Assembly (NCBI GenBank): GCA_964236955.1
Contig: CAXSGP010000057.1
Location: 1 to 29,873 of the forward strand
Origin: an uncultured Oligoflexus sp.
GTDB lineage: Bacteria; Bdellovibrionota_B; Oligoflexia; Oligoflexales; Oligoflexaceae
DNA length: 29,873 bases
Direction of reading: 5' to 3'
Under the pieces are notes generated by a model. That model had not been told where the DNA came from. It made no database searches and saw only the letters and a list, made by a program, of their open reading frames with translations. The number at the start of each line of letters is the position of its first letter. Within the stretch, counting starts at the first letter, position 1. The position numbers and the translations under genes are program-made. This document shows, one piece after another, positions 1 to 10,061 of this stretch.

Positions 1-34
1 CGTTATCTAGGTGCTTTCGCAGCATCAAGTCCTC

Positions 35-1009
35 TTACATTTTCATGGTGATGGATAGCGACACGGAATTTTGTAAATTCTTAGCGTCAGGATAAATTCG
101 ACTCACCGCGTAGGCGAGAGAAAAGTTTTTCTGATAGAGGCCAAGGCCGCCGCTGGTGACTTCACTGCGCTCGCCGCCCACGTTCTTGCCTGCGGCAACG
201 AAGAGACGCAGGACATCAAAGGTCTGCAACTGACCGCCGATAATCGCCATCTTTTCATGGGCCAGCTTCGTCGGTGGCAGGCTGCTATCGACAATGGCCA
301 GCTTGCCTTCGTCGGTCAGTGGTAAGCCCTCGAGATAGGCGCTGCGCTCGCGGTCGCGGTAGTCGACATGAAGGGCAAAGGAGCCGGTGGCTTCAAATGC
401 AAAACCAGCCCGGACGGTGCGCGGCGATACATTTTTAAGTTTATCGTTATTGAGGTTTTCTACCGATGCCCCAAAGCGAATGGCCGGTGAGACCTGCGCG
501 ACGACTCCGGTGCCAAGGGTAAAGCCCTTGATAGTCTTGGGCTGGGCTGCGGTCGGATCTTCAGCTTCAACAAAGTGACCGGCAAAACCCAGAGACATCA
601 AGTCGCTGGGGATGGCGAAGGCCAAACTGCCCCGCCGCCGCACCGGACTGTCCATCTCCCGCCCTTCACGGGCCGTCAGGGCATCGGAAAAGCCAGTGTA
701 CTCGAAGGCGGCCGTCCACTTCGACGTCACCCCATCGATCGCCGCCGCGCGATAAAAGGGTCGGCCTTCGACCGGCCAGATGTAGGTGCCGCTGACATCA
801 TAGTTTTTATGACGATAAAGCATCGCAGGATTGATGTGGATAGCCGCTTGATCGGAAATAAGCGCGGTGCCGGCACCAGCTTGAGCTGCGCCCTGGCCGC
901 CGGTGGCCGTAATTTCATCGGGTAGACTGCTCTTTGTAGCAGCCAATGAGGAGCTGGTAAGAGTCATGGCAGCACACCAAGACCCCAGGGCGATGCAGTG
1001 ACTGCGCAT
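35..1009 (-). CDS. Exported outer-membrane beta-barrel protein, FadL/OmpP1/PorV-like (UPF0164-type) family
   Basis: Start moved to ATG 1009 (AAAGG RBS upstream). Signal peptide MRSHCIALGSWCAAMTLTSSSLA. GGQGAAQAGAGTALISDQAAIHINPAML resembles the GxxxxxMGGAxxAxxDDxxAxxxNPA plug motif of this barrel superfamily. Alternating amphipathic beta strands follow, ending in SVSLSITMKM. Confidence 0.6.
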   Translation of the reverse strand: MRSHCIALGSWCAAMTLTSSSLAATKSSLPDEITATGGQGAAQAGAGTALISDQAAIHINPAMLYRHKNYDVSGTYIWPVEGRPFYRAAAIDGVTSKWTAAFEYTGFSDALTAREGREMDSPVRRRGSLAFAIPSDLMSLGFAGHFVEAEDPTAAQPKTIKGFTLGTGVVAQVSPAIRFGASVENLNNDKLKNVSPRTVRAGFAFEATGSFALHVDYRDRERSAYLEGLPLTDEGKLAIVDSSLPPTKLAHEKMAIIGGQLQTFDVLRLFVAAGKNVGGERSEVTSGGLGLYQKNFSLAYAVSRIYPDAKNLQNSVSLSITMKM

Positions 1010-1037
1010 GACATACCTTTCGCGACGGTGCGCGGCC

Positions 1038-1370
1038 CTACTTGGCTTCAGGCTTGGCTTTCGGCGCACTGATTATATGGTTTTTTTGTATTTTCAGAAA
1101 CGTGTTAGCACCCGCTTCCAGGGTAATAAACTGATCGGCTATCGTTTTGATGCGGCCGATGATACCGCCCGTGGTGACCACTTCATCGCCGACTTTAAGG
1201 GCTTCGATTAGCACGAGCTGGTCCTTGGCTTTTTTCTGCTGAGGACGAATCACAAATAAATACATAATAACCAAAAGGGCCGCTGGCATAACCAGTATTT
1301 CAAAAAAACTCGGCTGTGCGGGTTTTCCGGCCGCCTGAGCGTATGCAACATCGGTAAAAAGCTGGATCAT
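1038..1370 (-). CDS. yajC: Preprotein translocase subunit YajC
   Basis: Signature IMYLFVIRPQQKKAK...LKVGDEVVTTGGIIGRI. Start at ATG 1370 with GGGG RBS; single TM helix. Confidence 0.93.
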   Translation of the reverse strand: MIQLFTDVAYAQAAGKPAQPSFFEILVMPAALLVIMYLFVIRPQQKKAKDQLVLIEALKVGDEVVTTGGIIGRIKTIADQFITLEAGANTFLKIQKNHIISAPKAKPEAK

Positions 1371-1386
1371 ATTCGTTACCCCATAC

Positions 1387-1986
1387 TCATAACTTAGAGG
1401 CACCGACTGTACTTGAGCCATCTACCAATTGCAACGGGGCAGCGGACAGCTCATGCAGCTGCCGTGACTCGACCTTTACAATACGGCCGATCAGATGGAC
1501 CACTCTAAGCCAAAGTAACAGGATTAAGGGATTCAGACCAAAAAAGAGCGCAAACCCTAAGCCTTCGACCGCACGGGCGAGATACTCGGGATGTCTAAGA
1601 AACCGATAGGGACCGCTGCCAGCCCGCGGCATATCGGCAATATAAATGCAGCGCTTGGTCCAGAGCCGGCCCAGGGTACGGAGGGCCCAGATGCGCAGAC
1701 TAAAGCCCAAGATAATCAGCATAATTCCGGCTAGACTGGCCTTCAAGATGAGCAGGGGTCGCGGCAGCAAAAGAGCCGTGAGAAAAGCGGCAAAGGGAAA
1801 AATGAGGAGCAGACCATAGCATTTTTTCATCAAGGCAGGGATAAGCTCCTCACCATCAACAGTGCTAAGGTAGGCATAGTTATAGGTATGGACTCGCTGC
1901 TCGCCTAAATAGACTAGCGCAGTTGCCAGTAACACCAGTATGGCCGGAGACTCTGCCCGCAAACGATCTGCAGTGATATCCAACAA
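1387..1986 (-). CDS. Isoprenylcysteine carboxyl methyltransferase (ICMT)-family membrane methyltransferase
   Basis: LRIWALRTLGRLWT and GPYRFLRHPEY motifs of the ICMT/PEMT family; several TM helices; TTG start with AGGAG RBS. Confidence 0.8.
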   Translation of the reverse strand: MLDITADRLRAESPAILVLLATALVYLGEQRVHTYNYAYLSTVDGEELIPALMKKCYGLLLIFPFAAFLTALLLPRPLLILKASLAGIMLIILGFSLRIWALRTLGRLWTKRCIYIADMPRAGSGPYRFLRHPEYLARAVEGLGFALFFGLNPLILLLWLRVVHLIGRIVKVESRQLHELSAAPLQLVDGSSTVGASKL

Positions 1987-2020
1987 GGATGACTCCTAGT
2001 GTCCCATTGACTCTTCGAGC

Positions 2021-2050
2021 ATCGTAGCATATTCGAAAACGGAATTCTAA
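2021..2050 (-). promoter_or_regulatory. Putative sigma70 extended -10 promoter for the ICMT-yajC-barrel operon
   Basis: Minus strand reads TTAGAA-N18-TACGAT with TG at the extended -10 position (TGC-TACGAT), about 35 nt upstream of the ICMT start. Confidence 0.35.
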
Positions 2051-2104
2051 GGCCCATGCTGTGCATTTCCATTTACATGAGCCAATTTGTACAGGGGCAG
2101 ACCG

Positions 2105-4182
<2,078 letters not shown>

Positions 4183-4186
<4 letters not shown>

Positions 4187-5061
4187 TCGATGTCGATGAT
4201 GCCCTGATCCTTAACAAAGGCCTTGAGCTTACTGATCACCTTAGCCTCGAGCTGACGGGCCCGTTCCCGAGTGATCTTATAGCGATCGCCGATCTCCTGT
4301 AAGGTCAGCGGCGTTTCGCTCATGATGCGATCGTCGAAAATCTCACTGTCGCGGCCCTTCAGCGTACGCCTGAACTCTTCAATATGCTCGGCAAAATGCC
4401 GGCGAATTTCTTCGACAGCCAAGGAGTCTTCGGCGCTGACCTGCGGCACCGAAAGCTGCGAGCCCCGGGTTTCCCCGTCTTCGTCGCCGACCGGGGCGTC
4501 GAGCGAATAGTCGGGCGATCCGAGGCGCATCTGCATGTCGATAACATCCTTTTCCCGCACCTTGAGACTTTCCGCCAGCATCTTGGTATCGACATGATCA
4601 TATTCGGCAAGAAGGCGATCAACCTCTTTGCGCAGGTTAAAGAAAAGCTTACGCTGCGCCGCGGTCGTGCCGATCTTAACCTGGCTTTTATTATCCATAA
4701 TGTATTTAAGTATATAAGCTCTTATCCACCAGGCGGCATAGCTGGATAGTTTTACGCCCTTATAGGGATTGAACTTTTTTACCGCCTGCATCAGACCGTA
4801 GTTGCCCTCTTGAATCAAATCGAGCAGGTTGCTCTGCGCCTGCCTAAAATCGTTGGCTATTTTGACAACCAGCCGGAGATTCGAGGTTACAAGACGGTGT
4901 GCGGCTGCTATATCTCCCTCTTCAAAATGCCGCTGCGCATGGTCGAGCTCCTCTTCGGGCGACAAAAGCGGGTATTTGGCAATTTCTTTTAGGTAGAGTT
5001 GCAGAGGTGTGAGTTTACTGACGGATTGATCCACCCGAGGCGTTGGCAGATTCTTAGACAT
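4183..5061 (-). CDS. rpoH: RNA polymerase sigma-32 family factor
   Basis: Region 2 NLRLVVKIA...DLIQEGNYGLMQAVKKF, RpoH box QRKLFFNLR, region 4 TLQEIGDRYKITRERARQLE. Start at ATG 5061 with AGGGGG RBS. Confidence 0.92.
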
Positions 5062-5105
5062 TGAGAGAACCCCCTGCATGAACCTGACACAATAGGAACT
5101 CAAAT

Positions 5106-6038
5106 ATGCCAGGAATCGGGATCATAGCAAATCCTCACTCTAAGTTAAACAAACGTTCACCCCAAACGCTAAGCCTTATGGCCGAAGTTTTTGGCCAAAG
5201 AGGCACCTTCACAATCACCCGTGACCTCGACCATCTGGACGAGACGCTAAAGAAGTATAAAGCGCAAGAAATTTCTATACTAGGTATCAATGGCGGTGAC
5301 GGCTCGATCTCCCAGATCATCACCCGCATGATTGCCATCTATGGCATGAAGCCCCTCCCCTTGCTTGCCATTCTGCGCGGAGGGACGATGAATCTTATTG
5401 CCTCCCAGCTGTCGATTCAGGGCGGCCCCGTGGAAAATATTCGGCGCCTTATAGGCCTTGTGGAAGGCGGCCGGGCTTTACCCTCGCAGCGCCTTGCGAC
5501 GCTTAAAATCAATGATATCTATGGATTTCTCTACGCCGACCAATCGTCGACGGCGATCCTTGAAGAGTTTTACCGGAAAAAGTCCGGCCGGCTGGGGGCC
5601 GCCTGGCTCGCGACCAGGCTGGTCGGTAGCTTTTTGGTAAAGGGTCCTTTAATCGCGGGCGTGCTGAAGGCGCATCCGCTCCGCGCCACCTTCAAACCGG
5701 CCGCGGAGCTCAATACTAAGGTCCTTGGTTGTTTTGCTGGGACGATCACCAAATTTCCTATGGGTTTTCCCTTCCTGCCGCTGGCGCGGCGCTATCCCAA
5801 TCAATTTCAAGTGACAGCTGTAACGAGTGGCGCCGACGCCCTGCTTTGGAATCTGCCCCTCATTCTCCTCGCCCAGCGCGAGGGCGCTTCGATCGGCAAG
5901 GAAACATTCTGCGCGCGCGAGGCCGATCTCAACTATGAAGGTAGCGCCCACTTCACGGTCGACGGCGAAATCTATAAAGCAGCCCATGGCAACATCCATA
6001 TCGAACTGGGCCCCTCGCTACGATTTCTCTCCATTTGA
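5106..6038 (+). CDS. Diacylglycerol/sphingosine kinase catalytic-domain family lipid kinase
   Basis: IIANPHS, GINGGDGS, LAILRGGTMNLIA and C-terminal FTVDGE motifs; AGGA RBS. Confidence 0.85.
   Translation: MPGIGIIANPHSKLNKRSPQTLSLMAEVFGQRGTFTITRDLDHLDETLKKYKAQEISILGINGGDGSISQIITRMIAIYGMKPLPLLAILRGGTMNLIASQLSIQGGPVENIRRLIGLVEGGRALPSQRLATLKINDIYGFLYADQSSTAILEEFYRKKSGRLGAAWLATRLVGSFLVKGPLIAGVLKAHPLRATFKPAAELNTKVLGCFAGTITKFPMGFPFLPLARRYPNQFQVTAVTSGADALLWNLPLILLAQREGASIGKETFCAREADLNYEGSAHFTVDGEIYKAAHGNIHIELGPSLRFLSI
5121..5149 (-). promoter_or_regulatory. Putative rpoH promoter lying inside the divergent kinase gene
   Basis: Minus strand reads TTTAAC-N17-TATGAT with extended -10 TG (TGC-TATGAT), about 60 nt upstream of the rpoH ATG. 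Confidence 0.4.
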
Positions 6039-6067
6039 TCTAACGGATTTTCCTAGTCGGCAAAATT

Positions 6068-6076
6068 TGCCATAAT
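6068..6076 (+). promoter_or_regulatory. Possible extended -10 element upstream of amgK-murU
   Basis: TGC-CATAAT; the -35 is poor (TTTTCC). Confidence 0.25.
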
Positions 6077-6295
6077 GAATAGTACCGAACCTACCGAGGC
6101 CACCCGTCCAAGCAAGACTCAGCCTTGCCGGGCCAGGTTCCTCATTCATTCGGGCGGCAGCAACAGGGCGACCCACACGGATAATTTATGGATGTTTCAA
6201 GTAACGCAAAGAATAAGGCGACGCGAGCGGACGACAGGAATCACTCCGATCGCTTGGTCGAAAATCCTCTTCATTCCCTTACGACAGGTCTGGCT

Positions 6296-7333
6296 ATGCG
6301 CTCGAAAACTCTGCCTCCCCCCCCTGAATGGGCAATCGCCCAGGCACTCGGTGTTGAAAAAGTATCCACCTCCTGGCTTGCGGGTGATGGCTCCGACCGT
6401 TGCTACTACCGCATCCACGCGGCCGAACGGACCTTTGTCCTCATGCAGCTGTCGGGTGACGATGCCCTGCAGCTGCAAAAGGATGGCTATGAATGGGTGA
6501 AAATTGGGCGACTGCTGCACGATCATGGGATTTTTGCCCCCCAGACGGTGGCGACACTCCCGGATTTTGCCGCTTTGATCATCGAAGACTACGGCGATCT
6601 TATGATGGAAACGAAAGCCCTCGAAGGCCTGGAGCGAGGGGATAGGGCGGGCGTCCTGGGCCTCTATCGGCAATCTTTTGATATCCTCGGCCGTTTTCTC
6701 GCAATTACCGAAAAGGGCCAATCCAACTGGACCGATCGCTCCTTTGATGCCGCCCGTCTCGACTGGGAACTGCACTTTTTTCAAGAGCAGTTTCTCAAGG
6801 GCGTTTTAAATTGGAGCTTGAGCCCTGCCGAGCAAAAAGCCTTTGACCGGGGCAGCAAAGTTCTTGCCGAAACGCTCTCATCCAAATCCAATTACTTTGT
6901 GCATCGCGATTTTCATTCGCGCAATGTGATGGTAAAAAGCAATAAGTTAGCCGTCATCGACTTTCAGGATGCGCGCCTGGGACCGGCGACCTATGACCTC
7001 GTGTCGGTCTGCTTTGATTCTTATATTCCCCTCCGGGCTAACGAGCGTCGTCAGCTCGTTTTGGAAGGCTGCGACTTCCTGGTCGATCGCGTGCCTGGCC
7101 TTTCGCGCCAGCTCCTGCTGGAAGAATGGGGACCCATGCTTTTGCAGCGACAGCTCAAAGCCCTCGGCAGCTTTGGTTATCTGACAACGCAAAAAAATCG
7201 CGGCAACTACTTAAAGTATGTGCCGGCGGCTTTGGAAACGCTAAGCCCCGACAATGTCGGCAGCGCCGCCTGGGACTTTCTCTCGGTGGCTATGATCGAG
7301 GGCATCCGAAATCGCTGGAAGTCACCCACATGA
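6296..7333 (+). CDS. amgK: Anomeric MurNAc/GlcNAc kinase (APH-family phosphotransferase)
   Basis: GDGSDRCYYR, IIEDYGD, VHRDFHSRNVM, IDFQDARLGP..YDLVS, QRQLKALGSFG motifs. Coupled by an ATGA overlap to a nucleotidyltransferase, the usual amgK-murU pairing. The start may instead be 6188. Confidence 0.8.
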   Translation: MRSKTLPPPPEWAIAQALGVEKVSTSWLAGDGSDRCYYRIHAAERTFVLMQLSGDDALQLQKDGYEWVKIGRLLHDHGIFAPQTVATLPDFAALIIEDYGDLMMETKALEGLERGDRAGVLGLYRQSFDILGRFLAITEKGQSNWTDRSFDAARLDWELHFFQEQFLKGVLNWSLSPAEQKAFDRGSKVLAETLSSKSNYFVHRDFHSRNVMVKSNKLAVIDFQDARLGPATYDLVSVCFDSYIPLRANERRQLVLEGCDFLVDRVPGLSRQLLLEEWGPMLLQRQLKALGSFGYLTTQKNRGNYLKYVPAALETLSPDNVGSAAWDFLSVAMIEGIRNRWKSPT

Positions 7334-8274
7334 AAGCACTGCTGCTAGCGGCAGGTTATGGCACGCGCTTAAAGCCTTTGACTGATCATGTGCCCAAGCC
7401 TTTGACCCTGTTTATGGGCCGGCCTATTCTCGACCTCATCTATCAAAAGGTTATCGCCACGGGGATAGAGGCGATTGCCGTGAATACCCATCACCTTGCG
7501 GCCTCGATCGAACAGCATATCCAGGCCTCCCCTGTGTATAGGCTGCCTGTTCACCTATCCTTTGAGCGGGAGATCCTAGGCACCGGCGGTTCGATTAACC
7601 CGCTGCGGCCCTGGCTTGCGGGCGACGATCTTTTGATTTTTAATGGCGATATTCTGGCCTCACTTGACCTAAAAGCCTTTGTCAAGGCCTTTGCGACAAG
7701 TGAGGCGATGGCCGCTATGGTACTCATCCCTTATAAAGCCGGGACGACTCCGGTCTATCTCCAAGACGGCCACGTGGTCGGCATAGGGGAAGCGGTGGCG
7801 GGAGCCGTGCCACGCACTTTTGCCGGCATTCATATCCTTGGCAAAGGCTTTATCGAGGCCCTGCCGCAGCAAGGCTTTCTCAATGTGATCGATACCTATA
7901 AGACGCTGCTCAATAACCATCAGGTGCTAGCCTTCGAGCATGACGGTTACTGGGCCGATCTTGGGATTCCGCGCGATTACTTTGAAGCCCACCAGGAGCT
8001 ATGGCTCAGTGCCGAGCGCGATGCCCTGGTCCAAGCGCTCTTTCTCGATACGAGGTCCTGGAACTTTGACGAAGGACAGAGCACGGTCTTTGTCGATTGT
8101 CAGCCTATTCGCGGCTTTAAGCATAGCTTTGTGTTTGGGCCTATCCACGCCGAAGCGGCTATACAGATTGATAATTGCATAGTCTATCCTAACAGTCGAT
8201 TGCCTAAGCATAGGCAAGAACGCGGAAAGATCCTGACGCCTTACGCAAGTCTAAACATTGTGGATGATACATGA
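7330..8274 (+). CDS. murU: Sugar-1-phosphate nucleotidyltransferase, probable MurNAc-1-P uridylyltransferase
   Basis: MKALLLAAGYGTRLKPLTDHVPKPL, VNTHHLA, E..ILGTGG, NGDI, YWADLG motifs; ATGA overlap with amgK. Substrate is inferred from gene context. Confidence 0.72.
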   Translation: MKALLLAAGYGTRLKPLTDHVPKPLTLFMGRPILDLIYQKVIATGIEAIAVNTHHLAASIEQHIQASPVYRLPVHLSFEREILGTGGSINPLRPWLAGDDLLIFNGDILASLDLKAFVKAFATSEAMAAMVLIPYKAGTTPVYLQDGHVVGIGEAVAGAVPRTFAGIHILGKGFIEALPQQGFLNVIDTYKTLLNNHQVLAFEHDGYWADLGIPRDYFEAHQELWLSAERDALVQALFLDTRSWNFDEGQSTVFVDCQPIRGFKHSFVFGPIHAEAAIQIDNCIVYPNSRLPKHRQERGKILTPYASLNIVDDT

Positions 8275-8357
8275 TGATTAGGCTGAAGATGATGAAGAGT
8301 CTAGGCAGAGAGGGGTTTAAGCCGGGGCGAGGCAGAGGACTAAGGGCCAGCTTCGAT

Positions 8358-8431
8358 GCTTGTTTTTAAAATCCGAACCGCTATAAGTCTTTTGTCAAAA
8401 GTCATTGCGTCTATTGATTTTTAAAACATGC
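8358..8431. repeat. Concentric imperfect palindrome between convergent genes
   Basis: Arms GCTTGTTTTTAAAATC (8358-8373) and GATTTTTAAAACATGC (8416-8431) are 14/16 complementary. An inner dyad CTTTTG-T-CAAAAG (8389-8401) shares the same centre. Confidence 0.6.
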
Positions 8432-8579
8432 TTTCGGCGCTACACAAGAAACCTGGGACAGATACTCAATTAAGGACGGCACGGGTTCGTTTTGGGTTCA
8501 GTCGGGCATGAGACGATTGAGGTTATTTAAAGTTCGATAATTTCAAGCGTTGTTCGTTTCTATTTTCGTGTTTCGAATT

Positions 8580-9749
8580 TCAGATCAAACGGGCTACCAG
8601 ATTCTGACTGTTGATGTGAGAGAATTGATCGATAACTTGGTCGTTGGCAACTTCGATGGTTTTAGAACTTTTCACTTCCACTTTACTTGTCGACTGAGAG
8701 GTATTTTTTTCTGATCGGACTACTTTTTTCGGAGCGGCGTTTTTGCCTTTGTTTTCGTCTACTTTGTCAGATTTGAGTTCAACAATTTTACTGCTGCTAT
8801 CCGAACTAATGGCTGCCATTTTTGAGTGATCGACGTAATAAACCATGGTGCCAGCGGTCAGCTTATCAGGATTGTCGATTTTATCGTTTTGACGCCAGAT
8901 CAATTTCCAGAGCGATGAGTTGCCAAAAACTTTTTGGGCTATGGTTGCCAGAGTATCGCCTTGACTCACTTGAACTTCCGAGCGGCCGATACCTTCATAG
9001 GCACTGGCGAAGGCAGTCGTCTTTTCAGTCAGCTGATAATAGACGATATCACCTGGGTAAATTAATTTAGGATTGGCAATTCCGGTGAAGTCGGCAATTT
9101 CTGTCCATTTGTTGGTGTCGCCGTAAACGCGTTGTGCAATTTTACCGAGCGTGTCCCCCTTTTGAACGATGTAGGCCATCTTCGAACCTAGTTCTGGCAG
9201 TCCCGGTGCGACGGGGGCACCGGAAGCGGCTGGTGCCGGGGCTGATGCGGATGCTTCCGCCGCAGGAGCAGGAGCGCCAGCAGGAGCAGCGCCGTTGCCA
9301 GCATTTTGAGCAAGGTTATCAAAACCACCTTCGGGTGCAGCGGCGGCTGCAGGATTGGTCTGGTTCATCTCTTCAATGATTTGCGAAAGGTTGTCATCGC
9401 TAGCAGGAGCGGCATTGCCACCTTCAGCGCCTCCGTTGGCATTAGCATTAGCATTGGCGTTGCCACCTTCGGCACCGTTGCCAAACTCATTGCCACCGGC
9501 CGCGTTTCCTTCGTTGTTAGCAAGGTTATTGCCGTTGTTTTCACCACCCTCTTCATTGTTGGCGTTATTGTTATTGTTGCCTTCATCATTCTCGGCGTTA
9601 TTGCCTTCGGCATTGGCGGCTTCATTGCCTTCTTCGGCCACGACCTCTTCGCCGGTACCTTCCTCGGAACTCGAGCAACCGATGGTCATAAAATGGGTTG
9701 CAGCAAACAGATACGTAAGACCCACGAGCTTTACTAAACTTCTCTTCAT
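8580..9749 (-). CDS. Lipoprotein with a low-complexity Asn/Glu/Gly/Ala linker and two LysM peptidoglycan-binding domains
   Basis: ATG 9749 with AGGAGG RBS; lipobox-like TIG-C. LysM1 YIVQKGDTLGKIAQRVYGD..KW..I...I.NPKLIYPG; LysM2 VQVSQGDTLATIAQKVFGN...W..I...IDNPDKLTAG. Ser/Lys-rich tail. Confidence 0.85.
   Translation of the reverse strand: MKRSLVKLVGLTYLFAATHFMTIGCSSSEEGTGEEVVAEEGNEAANAEGNNAENDEGNNNNNANNEEGGENNGNNLANNEGNAAGGNEFGNGAEGGNANANANANGGAEGGNAAPASDDNLSQIIEEMNQTNPAAAAAPEGGFDNLAQNAGNGAAPAGAPAPAAEASASAPAPAASGAPVAPGLPELGSKMAYIVQKGDTLGKIAQRVYGDTNKWTEIADFTGIANPKLIYPGDIVYYQLTEKTTAFASAYEGIGRSEVQVSQGDTLATIAQKVFGNSSLWKLIWRQNDKIDNPDKLTAGTMVYYVDHSKMAAISSDSSSKIVELKSDKVDENKGKNAAPKKVVRSEKNTSQSTSKVEVKSSKTIEVANDQVIDQFSHINSQNLVARLI
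9400..9640 (-). repeat. Low-complexity coding repeats (EGN/EGGN units, NANANAN)
   Basis: Repeated TTGCC(A/T)..TTC units and a tandem GCATTA-GCATTA-GCATTG at 9439-9456 within the LysM gene linker. Confidence 0.6.
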
Positions 9750-10061
9750 GAGATGCCCTCCTGGCAAAGATTTGCAAACGTCACGAACATGAAACTTTCT
9801 CCAAATGGTTTTAATCCACCTTCCTATCTCGGAAGAAAGATTGCGGTCCTTTAATCATTAAATTCCGAATCAAGGCGCGCTGCAATCGGCAGAGGTTTCC
9901 CTCTACAAACACGAAATCATTGAGCTCTTCAGCTTTATTCAGCAAGAGTAGAATATTCATTTGGCAACGCCTTGACTCGTCTATGCGGAGGAGCAGGCAA
10001 AGGACGCCTTAGCGCCGGCGACAGACTTAGCAGCTATGTCTAGGCTATCGAAGACCAAACA

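Noticed and set aside
6122..6169. Resemblance to SRP RNA helix 8 (CCGGGCCAGGTTCC...GGGCGGCAGC) and, on the minus strand, to a SAM-I fragment (GAGGAACCTGGCCC)
   Set aside because: The GNRA tetraloop and exact AGCAG of SRP are missing, and the SAM-I P1/P3/P4 elements are absent. Not called without an Rfam scan.
6075..6500. 141-aa plus-strand ORF overlapping amgK
   Set aside because: No RBS, no recognisable motif, and out of frame over a well-supported gene.
7126..7329. N-terminal extensions in the ORF track (murU from 7126, murD from 15632, ftsL from 11080, barrel from 1069)
   Set aside because: They overlap upstream genes; downstream starts have RBSs or translational coupling and match family N-termini.
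9400..9640. Repeats that might suggest a CRISPR or VNTR array
   Set aside because: Short degenerate codon-level repeats within a CDS, with no constant repeat and spacer structure.
9306..9792. Two hydrophobic plus-strand ORFs (143 and 145 aa) that look like membrane proteins
   Set aside because: Artefacts of reading the low-complexity Asn/Glu/Gly linker of the LysM gene in antisense.
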